Positions 16,458 through 25,106 are shown, numbered from the stretch's first letter. The stretch is 32,000 nt of DNA from an uncultured Bacteroides sp. (GCF_963678425.2 NZ_CAXXOT010000004.1:1537978-1569977); one strand, 5' to 3'. Made by a program: numbers and translations. Notes: generated from the sequence alone by a model not told the origin.

Positions 16458-17501
16458 ATGAAAACAAAACTAAAGTTTCTTGACCGATACCTTACGCTAT
16501 GGATATTCCTGGCAATGTTTATCGGAGTATTTATTGGATACATCAATCCGGGAATTACAGACTTCTGGAGTCAGTTTGAATCGGGAACCACCAATATTCC
16601 TCTGGCCATTGGTCTTATTGTGATGATGTATCCTCCCCTTGCCAAAGTAAAATATGAAGAGCTGGGTAAAGTATTCTCTGATAAGAAGATACTTACAATA
16701 TCTCTGCTTCTGAACTGGATTGTGGGCCCCATACTGATGTTTGCTTTGGGTATTCTGTTTCTGCAGAATTATCCCGAATATATGTATGGTATCATAATGA
16801 TTGGCCTGGCGCGTTGCATTGCTATGGTGCTGGTATGGAACCATCTGGCTAAAGGAAGCTCGGAATATGCAGCCGGACTGGTTGCCTTAAACAGTATTTT
16901 TCAGGTGCTGTTCTTCTCGTTCTACGCCTATATTTTTATTGCAGTGCTTCCGGGATGGTTCGGATTGCCTACAACAAATGCGGTGGCAAACATAACAATC
17001 GGAGAGATTGCCCACAGCGTATTTATCTATCTGGGAATCCCCTTCATTGCAGGCTTCTTATCAAGATTCATACTTATACGCATAAAGAGCAACGAGTGGT
17101 ATTACACTAAATTTATTCCAAGAATAAGTCCGTTGACACTCATCGCGTTGCTGTTCACCATCATAGTGATGTTCTCATACAAAGGAGAATACATTGTAAA
17201 GCTTCCCCTTGATGTGTTACTCATAGCAGTTCCGCTGATAGCTTATTTTGCTATCATGTTCTTTTTCTCGTTCTGGATTACAAAAAAATCGGGAGCCGAT
17301 TATGAGAAAACCACTTCGGTGGCTTTTACTGCTACGGGAAATAACTTTGAATTGGCTATTGCTGTTGCGATTGCTGTATTTGGAATCAATTCCGGTGTGG
17401 CATTCGCAGCTGTTATCGGACCACTGATTGAGGTTCCGGTGCTTATTATTCTGGTAAAGTTTGCCTTGAAACAACAATCCCGATTTATAAAAAAGGCATA
17501 G
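16458..17501 (+). CDS. acr3: ACR3-family arsenite efflux transporter
   Basis: 347 aa, 10-TM type. N-terminus [16 protein letters not shown] plus [13 protein letters not shown] and [12 protein letters not shown] motifs typical of Acr3/ArsB(Acr3). Confidence 0.92.
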   Translation: MKTKLKFLDRYLTLWIFLAMFIGVFIGYINPGITDFWSQFESGTTNIPLAIGLIVMMYPPLAKVKYEELGKVFSDKKILTISLLLNWIVGPILMFALGILFLQNYPEYMYGIIMIGLARCIAMVLVWNHLAKGSSEYAAGLVALNSIFQVLFFSFYAYIFIAVLPGWFGLPTTNAVANITIGEIAHSVFIYLGIPFIAGFLSRFILIRIKSNEWYYTKFIPRISPLTLIALLFTIIVMFSYKGEYIVKLPLDVLLIAVPLIAYFAIMFFFSFWITKKSGADYEKTTSVAFTATGNNFELAIAVAIAVFGINSGVAFAAVIGPLIEVPVLIILVKFALKQQSRFIKKA

Positions 17502-17584
17502 TTCTTACTGTTTTTCCAAAACAGCAACTAGTTAAATATGAATCACTAAGGATCATTTCTACAAGCAAACCTTTCATATTTTCA

Positions 17585-17676
17585 TTTACACCCGGGTGTA
17601 AACCTATTTTAGACCCGGGTGTAAATAGCATTGAGACCCGGGTCTAAAGTTACTTTACACCCGGGTCTTAATGATA
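17585..17676. repeat. Four tandem 23-bp units, each with an 18-bp CCCGGG-centred (near-)palindrome
   Basis: CCCGGG starts at 17591, 17614, 17637 and 17660 (exactly 23-bp spacing). Units: TTTACACCCGGGTGTAAA / TTTAGACCCGGGTGTAAA / TTGAGACCCGGGTCTAAA / TTTACACCCGGGTCTTAA. Confidence 0.9.
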
Positions 17677-17680
17677 ATAT

Positions 17681-18514
17681 CTAATCAGTAGTTTTCGAAG
17701 AATTGGCTTTCTCCCAGGTTTCTCTGGGCGTGATTGTCAAAGTCTCATCCTTGAGATTTAATACCGAAATATACTTTTGCCCCATTACAATATGTTCGGT
17801 CCACTCAATAAAATCCTTGTAGAGCAACAGCGTACATATATCCGTTGGAGCGATATACTCTGAAACTACGTGCGAATGAACGGTACTCTGAATCTCATTG
17901 CCGCTTTTTTCTCCTTTGCATGGCAGACTTATCAGCGAGTTGTGCAACTTCGTTTTCGTAATAAGCTCATTCTTCTTATTAAATGTGAGCAGGTAATCAT
18001 TTCCGATGAGGACCACTTCTGAGGTCTGAGGTGCTGTAAGCAGATACACTTTCCTTTCCGTGGGAGTAATAACCGGAATAATATTTATCGATGTTTTTTT
18101 ATAGAAAGAAAAGAAGTGGTTGGAATTCGTTTCAAGCAGATGGCGTACCTGAATTCTTAAAGCAATAAGTTCCTTTTCCTTATCAGTTGGCTGAGGATGA
18201 TGTATATCCACTGATACAGGAACCTGATAAGAAATGCCGGAAAACTCATACCTGGCAAGTATCTTAGTGCCACCTTGCAAACTATAAAAGATTGTTGTTA
18301 CATTCTTATCTTCGGTCTGATAAGATAGATAGCCATTCAAGCTGTCTTTTAACTGAGGATAATCAGCAATAAAAAGGTCGCTTGCATACCATGACGCTTT
18401 CTCAAGACGACAGAGGTATTTCCCCTCATCAAGCAATTGCTGCGCCTCGTGCTGCTGAGCAAATAAAAAAGTATTTGTCAGAAGTAATATCAACAATAAG
18501 ACTTTTTTCCGCAT
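17681..18514 (-). CDS. Hypothetical secreted protein, co-transcribed downstream of tilS
   Basis: 277 aa. Signal peptide MRKKVLLLILLLTNTFLFAQQ. Starts 13 nt after the tilS stop. No family recognised. Confidence 0.6.
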   Translation of the reverse strand: MRKKVLLLILLLTNTFLFAQQHEAQQLLDEGKYLCRLEKASWYASDLFIADYPQLKDSLNGYLSYQTEDKNVTTIFYSLQGGTKILARYEFSGISYQVPVSVDIHHPQPTDKEKELIALRIQVRHLLETNSNHFFSFYKKTSINIIPVITPTERKVYLLTAPQTSEVVLIGNDYLLTFNKKNELITKTKLHNSLISLPCKGEKSGNEIQSTVHSHVVSEYIAPTDICTLLLYKDFIEWTEHIVMGQKYISVLNLKDETLTITPRETWEKANSSKTTD

Positions 18515-18527
18515 AATGTTTAGTATT

Positions 18528-19811
18528 CTAAATTAAACGCAATAACAGAACATTCTTTGTGTCTTTATCAATCCGGAAACGATTATCGGTCCGCTCTCCC
18601 ACCAGCCAGACTATCTGCTCATCTGAACAAAGTACATACATACTTTCTTTCTGAAGGATGGAGTATTTTACATCGGTCAGGTAATCGCTCACATTCTTTT
18701 TCCCTTTCATGCCAAAAGGTACAAAGCGATCTCCCGCCTGCCATTTTCTAAGAGTTAGCGGATAGTAAAGTTTATCAGCATCAAAGCAAGCTGTTTTCTT
18801 ATCACGTGGAATTACAAAATCGGGAGTATATGGAAACCGTTCTTCTTCAATAACCGGCTTTTCCTCCGCCTCTACTGCCTGCGAGGTCAATCTCTTAATC
18901 AGCAAATAAGCGCGGTCTCTCACTACCATCCAGGCAGGAGAAAAGAATTTCCGTCCGGATTGCCGGTCAAGACTGAGAAATATATCATCGGCCTGAGCGG
19001 AATTAAAGCCTAGTGGATAAAGAATCTCAAAAAGTAATGCACGTGGCGAAGGTTCTGTTAAAAGCTTTTCAATAGAAATACCTTCATTGGTTATCACTCT
19101 TTTCTTTCCTTCTTCAATCACTTTATCGTAAATAATGGAAGCATCCAAAAGATGAGATGCAGTTGAAAAAAGACTCGGCTTTATAGACGGATTAATAGTT
19201 TCCATCATTGGAAGAAGGTTCAGGCGAATCTTGTTACGCGTATATTCGTCCTGCAGATTGGTACTGTCGGTTACATACTCTTGCTTCATTTCTTTCAGAT
19301 ACGCAAGAATATCTTCCCGGCTCACAGTTAATAGCGGACGAACAATAAGGTTGTTCTTTGGATGAATGCCGGTTAATCCGTTTATGCCTGTTCCCCGAAT
19401 CAGGTTGAGCAAAAGAGTTTCCACACTATCATCCCGATGGTGGGCCACTGCTACCACATCAGCTTTCAATTCCTTACGCAGTTTTTCAAACCAGTCATAC
19501 CGAAGTTCACGGGCAGCCATCTCGATGGAAACCTGATGCTGTGCCGCATATTCATTGGTGTCAAAATGAATAACATGAAGAGGTATATTCAAGTTATCAC
19601 AAAGATTACGGACAAATGATTCATCCCTGTCCGATTCCTCACCACGTAAGCGGAAATTACAATGAGCAGCTTCGCAGGAATAGCCTAAATAAACCATCAC
19701 ACGAAGCAAGGCAACCGAATCGGCACCTCCACTCAACGCTATCAGAACTTTATCTTTAAGCCCGAAAAGCTTTTCTTTTTCAATATATTGGGCAATCTGA
19801 AGATGAAACAT
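18528..19811 (-). CDS. tilS: tRNA(Ile)-lysidine synthetase
   Basis: 427 aa. PP-loop [25 protein letters not shown] motif and a C-terminal TilS substrate-binding region. Confidence 0.92.
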   Translation of the reverse strand: MFHLQIAQYIEKEKLFGLKDKVLIALSGGADSVALLRVMVYLGYSCEAAHCNFRLRGEESDRDESFVRNLCDNLNIPLHVIHFDTNEYAAQHQVSIEMAARELRYDWFEKLRKELKADVVAVAHHRDDSVETLLLNLIRGTGINGLTGIHPKNNLIVRPLLTVSREDILAYLKEMKQEYVTDSTNLQDEYTRNKIRLNLLPMMETINPSIKPSLFSTASHLLDASIIYDKVIEEGKKRVITNEGISIEKLLTEPSPRALLFEILYPLGFNSAQADDIFLSLDRQSGRKFFSPAWMVVRDRAYLLIKRLTSQAVEAEEKPVIEEERFPYTPDFVIPRDKKTACFDADKLYYPLTLRKWQAGDRFVPFGMKGKKNVSDYLTDVKYSILQKESMYVLCSDEQIVWLVGERTDNRFRIDKDTKNVLLLRLI

Positions 19812-19902
19812 ATCACAAAGGTAAGAGTTTTCAGGAAGATTAAAGCTTACTTCCTTTATTTAAAAACATTCTAAATAATTTGCCTGCTCGGTTATTATAC
19901 TA

Positions 19903-19910
19903 TATCTTTG
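19903..19910 (+). promoter_or_regulatory. -7 box (TATCTTTG) for feoAB
   Basis: TAnnTTTG match 18 nt upstream of the ATG at 19928. Confidence 0.5.
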
Positions 19911-19927
19911 CAGAAAATGATTAAAGT

Positions 19928-22414
19928 ATGCGTTTATCCGAACTAAAAACAGGCGAAAGAGGCGTGATAGTAAAGGTTCTGGGCCATGGTGGATTCCGTA
20001 AAAGAATTGTGGAAATGGGGTTCATCAAAGGAAAAGTGGTCGAAGTGATACTGAACGCTCCCCTTAAAGACCCCATTAAATATAGAATTCTTGGATATGA
20101 GATCTCTCTTCGGAGAAAAGAAGCAGGGATGATTGAAATAATCAGTGAACATGAAGCTACCGAACAGCAGAATGCTTCTCCCGATTATCACGGTCCAATC
20201 AATGTTGAAAGACCTCTGAACGAGGAAGAACTGAAAGCACTTGCTCTGGGAAAACGCAGAACCATCAATGTGGCATTGGTTGGAAACCCCAATTGCGGTA
20301 AAACAACCTTGTTTAATCTGGCATCGGGTTCTCATGAACATGTGGGAAACTACAGCGGCGTAACGGTCGATGCAAAAGAAGGATTCTTTGAGTTTCAGGG
20401 TTATCGGTTTAAGATTGTGGATCTTCCGGGCACTTATTCCTTGTCAGCCTATACTCCCGAAGAGCTTTATGTACGCCAACACATCATCGAAGAAACACCG
20501 GATGTAGTTATAAACGTAGTGGATGCTTCAAATCTGGAACGTAACTTGTATCTCACTACCCAGCTTATAGACATGAATGTGCGAATGGTTATAGCACTCA
20601 ATATGTACGACGATCTGGAGTCCAGCGGAAATAAGCTCGATTACAGGTTACTCAGCAAGCTATTTGGTGTACCAATGGTTCCTACTGTCTGCAAAAAGAA
20701 TTTGGGAATAGATCATTTATTCCACTTAGTGATAAATTTGTATGAAGGTGCCGATTTCTTTAGCAAGAATGGCGAGATAAACAAAGAAGTTTTGCAGGAA
20801 TTACAGGACTGGCATCATGCCAACGTAAATGAAGCTGAGCATGAAGAGCATCTGGAAGATTATATAAAGACGGACAAACCACGGCAAAAAACTTACCGCC
20901 ATATTCACATCAACCACGGACCCGACATTGAAAAAGGCATAGAGGACGTGAAAGCTGTAATTTCCAGAAATGAAGAAATAAGACACCTCTACTCTACCCG
21001 TTATCTTTCAATCAAATTGCTGGAAAACGATAAAGGTGCCGAGAAAGTTATCAGCACGTTACCCAACAGCTCCGATATTTTTGCCACTAAAGAAAAGGCA
21101 GCTAAACGGATTCAGGTCTCTATGAACGAGGACAGTGAATCTGCTATTATGAATGCAAAATACGGATTTATCTCAGGAGCGCTAAAAGAGACTTTTGTGG
21201 ATAACCATATGGAACAGCAACAAATGACCAAGGTTCTTGATGCTATCGTAACACACAAAATATGGGGATACCCTATCTTTATCCTTTTCATGTGGATCAT
21301 GTTTCAGGGTACGTTCTCTATAGGGCAATATCCGATGGACAGAATATCCTGGTTCGTGGATCAGCTGAGACATTTCGTTGAGAATACAATGACTGCAGGA
21401 CCATTAAAGGATATGATTGTAGACGGAATTATTGGCGGTGTGGGAGGAGTTATTGTCTTTCTACCCAATATTCTGCTTCTTTACTTCTTCATTTCCTTGA
21501 TGGAAGACTCGGGATACATGGCCCGTGCAGCATTTATCATGGACAAAATTATGCACAAAATGGGGCTTCACGGAAAATCTTTCATCCCACTGGTTATGGG
21601 ATTTGGATGTAACGTGCCGGCTATTCTGGCATCGAGAACCATTGAGAACAGGAAAAGCCGTCTTATCACCATGCTTGTGAATCCGCTAATGAGTTGCAGT
21701 GCACGCCTGCCAATTTATCTGTTGCTGGTAGGAACATTCTTCCCGAAGAATGCCAGTATGATGCTTTTATCAATCTACGTGATAGGCATACTTCTGGCTG
21801 TGATAATGGCCAGACTATTCAGCAAACTACTTATTAAAGGTGAAGATACTCCTTTTGTAATGGAACTTCCTCCCTATCGCATGCCAACCATGAGAGCTAT
21901 CACGCGCCATACCTGGGAAAAGGGACAACAATATCTCCGGAAAATGGGAGGAGTAATTATGATTGCATCAATTATTATATGGTTCTTAGGGTATTACCCG
22001 AACCATAATGCATATAAAACTGTAGCAGAGCAACAGGAGAATTCTTACATCGGTCAGATTGGCAAAGCCATTGAACCGGCTATCAAGCCATTAGGGTTCG
22101 ACTGGAAACTGGGAATCGGGCTAATCTCAGGTGTAGGAGCAAAAGAATTATTGGTTAGCACGCTTGGTGTTCTTTACACAAACGATGCAGGAGCAAGCAA
22201 GACTACTTTGGCACAGCGCATTCCTATTACACCGGTCGCTGCATTCAGTCTTATGCTTTTTGTTCTGATCTATTTCCCTTGCATTGCCACCCTTGCAGCC
22301 ATTAAGCAAGAATCCGGCAGTTGGAAATGGGCCGCTTTTGCAGCGCTGTACACCACCGCGCTGGCTTGGATCATCGCTTTTAGCTTTTATCAAATAGGAG
22401 GTATATTATTATGA
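19928..22414 (+). CDS. feoB: Ferrous iron transporter, fused FeoA-FeoB
   Basis: 828 aa. N-terminal FeoA SH3-like domain (LSELKTGERGVIVKV), G-domain VALVGNPNCGKTTLFN and DLPGTYSL, and a C-terminal polytopic gate domain. Confidence 0.95.
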   Translation: MRLSELKTGERGVIVKVLGHGGFRKRIVEMGFIKGKVVEVILNAPLKDPIKYRILGYEISLRRKEAGMIEIISEHEATEQQNASPDYHGPINVERPLNEEELKALALGKRRTINVALVGNPNCGKTTLFNLASGSHEHVGNYSGVTVDAKEGFFEFQGYRFKIVDLPGTYSLSAYTPEELYVRQHIIEETPDVVINVVDASNLERNLYLTTQLIDMNVRMVIALNMYDDLESSGNKLDYRLLSKLFGVPMVPTVCKKNLGIDHLFHLVINLYEGADFFSKNGEINKEVLQELQDWHHANVNEAEHEEHLEDYIKTDKPRQKTYRHIHINHGPDIEKGIEDVKAVISRNEEIRHLYSTRYLSIKLLENDKGAEKVISTLPNSSDIFATKEKAAKRIQVSMNEDSESAIMNAKYGFISGALKETFVDNHMEQQQMTKVLDAIVTHKIWGYPIFILFMWIMFQGTFSIGQYPMDRISWFVDQLRHFVENTMTAGPLKDMIVDGIIGGVGGVIVFLPNILLLYFFISLMEDSGYMARAAFIMDKIMHKMGLHGKSFIPLVMGFGCNVPAILASRTIENRKSRLITMLVNPLMSCSARLPIYLLLVGTFFPKNASMMLLSIYVIGILLAVIMARLFSKLLIKGEDTPFVMELPPYRMPTMRAITRHTWEKGQQYLRKMGGVIMIASIIIWFLGYYPNHNAYKTVAEQQENSYIGQIGKAIEPAIKPLGFDWKLGIGLISGVGAKELLVSTLGVLYTNDAGASKTTLAQRIPITPVAAFSLMLFVLIYFPCIATLAAIKQESGSWKWAAFAALYTTALAWIIAFSFYQIGGILL

Positions 22415-22623
22415 GTTTACAAGAATTAATAGTTTCGGCCATCGTTTTCTTTTGCGTATTCTACGTAGGCAATCGAATCGTATTTTTTTTCAAAAATGCA
22501 AATAAAAATGAGGACCCCTGTTCCAGTTGCACAACTGGCTGTGAATTAAGGGATATGATGGAAAAGAAAAAGCAACAGTGCAAAGAAATGAAGAAAGGAA
22601 ATAAAAAAAGTTGCTGTCGGTGA
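22411..22623 (+). CDS. FeoB-associated Cys-rich small membrane protein
   Basis: 70 aa. One N-terminal TM helix, then a Cys-rich tail (CSSCTTGC...CCR). Its ATG overlaps the feoB TGA (ATGA), suggesting translational coupling. Confidence 0.7.
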   Translation: MSLQELIVSAIVFFCVFYVGNRIVFFFKNANKNEDPCSSCTTGCELRDMMEKKKQQCKEMKKGNKKSCCR

Positions 22624-22667
22624 ACAAAAATATTATATCGGATGTTTGGTACTTAAGAAAAATGTAT

Positions 22668-22675
22668 TACCTTTG
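22668..22675 (+). promoter_or_regulatory. -7 box (TACCTTTG) with an upstream TTTG (-33-like) for tRNA-Cys
   Basis: TAnnTTTG 20 nt upstream of the tRNA 5' end. TTTG at 22645-22648 sits at a spacing appropriate for a -33 element. Confidence 0.55.
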
Positions 22676-22694
22676 CACACGCAAAACAAAACAA

Positions 22695-22765
22695 GGTCTC
22701 TTGGCCGAGTGGCTAGGCACCGGTCTGCAAAACCGTTTACGGCGGTTCGAATCCGCCAGAGACCT
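22695..22765 (+). tRNA. tRNA-Cys (anticodon GCA)
   Basis: Hand-folded 71 nt. Acceptor GGTCTCT/AGAGACC, D arm GCC-GAGTGGCTA-GGC, anticodon loop CTGCAAA, 4-nt variable loop, T arm GGCGG-TTCGAAT-CCGCC, discriminator T (U73, the Cys identity element). CCA is not encoded. Confidence 0.9.
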
Positions 22766-22779
22766 CGAAATGGGTAAAA

Positions 22780-22812
22780 GCTCCAATCTTAATTGATCGG
22801 AGCTTTTTTTTT
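22780..22812 (+). terminator. Hairpin plus T-run terminator after tRNA-Cys
   Basis: GCTCCAATC pairs with GATCGGAGC (one mismatch), followed by T9. Confidence 0.6.
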
Positions 22813-22864
22813 ACATTCATTATGCCATTAAGAGAATTGAAGGCTCACCCGATATTTAGTGGGG

Positions 22865-23848
22865 CTAGGCATAAAGCTTACTCAATCTAAAGAAGAAAAA
22901 CTTTATATCAATCACTCCTCTAAGCTGTGCCCTAAATTGTTTGATCTTTGCATTAAAAGATTCTGCAAACGCATTGGTAGCCCTGTTTGTAAAGAAGTTC
23001 AATACCTCGTCGTAATGTTCGTACAATGTTCCTGCTATGACATTAAAGCTTTTAAAGCCAGAGTTGTCCACTTTGTCATACCAACGTGCAAGTGACATCC
23101 TGGCTGCATCCTTTACCGTGTTCTTGTTGAATATCATTCTCAGTGAGTGCGTTAGAGAATAAGCTTCTTTTATATCGGGATAGATATCAAACAATATTGC
23201 CGCTCTTTCCTTTTGGCTTTCCGTCCATTTGTCCATGGATTTGAACAGTAAATATCGACTCCTTGCCAACAATTGTTTTTGCGTATCACCGTTTGCAAAT
23301 GTGGCAGGCTGATAATCTTCTCCTTTTTCCTTAGCTTCTTCTTTTGCATCCGTATCGGCTTGAATGGCATCCCAACGATGTGCTATTCTCATTTCCTGCA
23401 ATGCATCACATGTCAGCTTTTGAACATGGAAACGATCAATTGTACGCTTGGCTTTGGGAAAACATCTTCGGATTATAAGATTCATGCTATTGGACAGATC
23501 CATTGTAACTTCTTCCAAGACAGATCGTTTATCTTCAGGTATAAGTTTTAAAGTATCGATTACATCATTTGAGGAAACACCTTTAACCAAAGCTACCAGT
23601 GACCCTTCTCTCCCACGTGCTTCGGGATTGGAAACGATGGTATAGAGCTCGCCGTCACTTATGGATGTCTCATCAATGCAAAGCCGTTTACCAACATTCT
23701 CTGGGAATATAAGCCACTCATCCGCATGAGAATATTCATTCCATCGACGATAGCCACTTAGGACTTCTTTATACTGTTTTTCAAACGTATCCCCGTTTAT
23801 ATGATAATAAGCATCAAGCGAACGGGAGGTCGTAGGTCTCGTCTCCAT
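22865..23848 (-). CDS. Transposase C-terminal catalytic part (DDE, ISL3-like)
   Basis: 327 aa. CIDETSISDGELYTIV, VTMDLSNSM and DRFHVQKL motifs resemble the DDE_Tnp_ISL3 domain. The frame is +1 relative to the upstream ORF. Confidence 0.75.
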   Translation of the reverse strand: METRPTTSRSLDAYYHINGDTFEKQYKEVLSGYRRWNEYSHADEWLIFPENVGKRLCIDETSISDGELYTIVSNPEARGREGSLVALVKGVSSNDVIDTLKLIPEDKRSVLEEVTMDLSNSMNLIIRRCFPKAKRTIDRFHVQKLTCDALQEMRIAHRWDAIQADTDAKEEAKEKGEDYQPATFANGDTQKQLLARSRYLLFKSMDKWTESQKERAAILFDIYPDIKEAYSLTHSLRMIFNKNTVKDAARMSLARWYDKVDNSGFKSFNVIAGTLYEHYDEVLNFFTNRATNAFAESFNAKIKQFRAQLRGVIDIKFFFFRLSKLYA

Positions 23849-24197
23849 ACACCTCTTTTAAAAAAGCCGCAAATTCTTTCGAATAGCGGGTACCTTCGGC
23901 TTTAAACTCATCATAAGGAACTGTAAAACTTTCATTTGTTTGCCGATTAATCCAACGGCGGCGACGAACCACCAAATCAACAGCTTTGTCACGAAGAGGA
24001 AAATCTCTGATGGTGACAGGATTCAGGAAGCCTTTGGATTCAAAGAGATCATTCGAAGCATATTTAGCATCTATTTTCTCCTCCAAATAAATAAGTATTG
24101 CATCTGAACTCTTTTCTACATTTACGATACTAAACCTTGATAAGATGTTTTCGGGAAGCATCAAACTTACTAATGATAATAAAACGTCCTTTTCCAT
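23814..24197 (-). CDS. Transposase N-terminal part (ISL3-like)
   Basis: 127 aa. Overlaps the downstream ORF by 35 nt in a different frame. Combined length of about 440 aa fits a single ISL3 transposase. Confidence 0.7.
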   Translation of the reverse strand: MEKDVLLSLVSLMLPENILSRFSIVNVEKSSDAILIYLEEKIDAKYASNDLFESKGFLNPVTIRDFPLRDKAVDLVVRRRRWINRQTNESFTVPYDEFKAEGTRYSKEFAAFLKEVYGDETYDLPFA

Positions 24198-24580
24198 ACG
24201 ACAAAGATAACATTTTATCTTATTGCCCCACTAATTATCGGGTGAGCCGAATTGAACGGAAATTCTGAAGCTTTTAGATTTTGATTATCAAAAGAATATT
24301 AGTGGATAGAAATACTATTTTTGAGGTAAAACAGTATTTTTTTTGCCTTAAATTCTTAAAATAAAAAGAATATTCCTTTTTTAGAGAAAATAATTGGTTT
24401 TATTTTTTGATATTGAAAATATAAATCATTCCTTTGTAGCATCAAACAAGAGGTAGTTTACATCGTTCTCAATACTCTAAATAATTTATCCGTTTATTCG
24501 GATATTTTAAAATGACAAAACAGATCTATTAAAACCCGCATTGTTTTAATCCAAAATTTATTTATTTTAATTTTATTCGT

Positions 24581-24826
24581 ATGAATATTTACATTGGCAA
24601 CCTTAGTTACAAGGTTAGAGAGTCAGATCTTAATCACGTTTTAGAAGAGTATGGAACAGTAAATTCAGTTAAATTGATCGTAGACCGCGATACACGCAGA
24701 TCTAAAGGTTTTGCTTTTGCAGAAATGCCTGATCAAACAGAAGCTGAAAATGTTATTAAGGAATTAAACGGTGCTGAATTTGAAGGCCGTCAGATGGTTG
24801 TAAAAGAAGCTCTTCCAAAAGCATAA
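24581..24826 (+). CDS. RRM-domain RNA-binding protein
   Basis: 81 aa. RNP2 IYIGNL and RNP1 KGFAFAEM. Confidence 0.9.
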   Translation: MNIYIGNLSYKVRESDLNHVLEEYGTVNSVKLIVDRDTRRSKGFAFAEMPDQTEAENVIKELNGAEFEGRQMVVKEALPKA

Positions 24827-24846
24827 CAACTAGATATAAAAATATT

Positions 24847-24887
24847 AGAGGTAGATATAGTGCAAGCTTTATCTACCTCTTTTTTTA
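24847..24887 (+). terminator. Rho-independent terminator
   Basis: AGAGGTAGAT (24847-24856) pairs perfectly with ATCTACCTCT (24871-24880), followed by T7. Confidence 0.75.
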
Positions 24888-25065
24888 TGTTCTATTTTGG
24901 CAACCCTAAAAAAGTCATTGTCTCAGCCGGGATAGTTAAAGGTACTTCCAGCCCCATATTATTCATTTTGACACCAAACAAACTTCTGGTACAAAAATAT
25001 CAAGAAAAGAAATAAATATAAATCAAAATTAAAGCATATTGATTGACATTTTGATTATTATTTTC

Positions 25066-25073
25066 TATCTTTG
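25066..25073 (+). promoter_or_regulatory. -7 box (TATCTTTG) for the glutamine synthetase gene
   Basis: TAnnTTTG match 34 nt upstream of the ATG at 25107. Confidence 0.5.
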
Positions 25074-25106
25074 ATTATTATCAACCTTAAACAATCAACC
25101 AAAGAT

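Larger units (their letters stand above)
22842..24248 (-). mobile_element. ISL3-family-like insertion sequence, 1407 bp, with 24-bp imperfect terminal IRs and an 8-bp target site duplication
   Basis: IR-L GGCTCACCCGATATTTAGTGGGGC (22842-22865) against the reverse complement of IR-R, GGCTCACCCGATAATTAGTGGGGC (24225-24248), 23/24 identical. Flanking direct repeat GAATTGAA at 22834-22841 and 24249-24256. The GGCTC.. IR start and 8-bp DR fit ISL3. Confidence 0.85.

Noticed and set aside
17585-17676. Palindrome array as a stack of ordinary rho-independent terminators for acr3 and the convergent 277-aa gene.
   Set aside because: On both strands the T-tract is 5' and the A-tract 3' of each stem, the opposite of an intrinsic terminator. 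The palindromes also have essentially no loop (CCGG). It is kept as an unexplained repeat instead.
19816-19823. TACCTTTG -7 box (minus strand) only 4 nt upstream of the tilS ATG at 19811, as a possible leaderless tilS promoter.
   Set aside because: The spacing would put the transcription start at or inside the start codon. I cannot decide between a leaderless mRNA, a different start codon, and a chance match without TSS data, so it is not listed as a feature.
22611-22796. 61-aa track ORF spanning the tRNA-Cys gene.
   Set aside because: It is fully explained by a well-folding tRNA-Cys(GCA) with its own promoter and terminator.
24257-24580. The long AT-rich region upstream of the RRM-protein gene, including a weak AAATACT/AGTATTT hairpin plus T-run, as a possible sRNA or riboswitch.
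   Set aside because: I see no conserved-looking structured core. The stems are short and AT-only, and the composition alone explains the pairings. A long 5' UTR is possible but unsupported.
25071-25106. TTG-initiated start of the glutamine synthetase ORF at 25071.
   Set aside because: It overlaps the predicted -7 promoter box (25066-25073), so it is unlikely to be transcribed as coding. The first ATG at 25107 is used instead.
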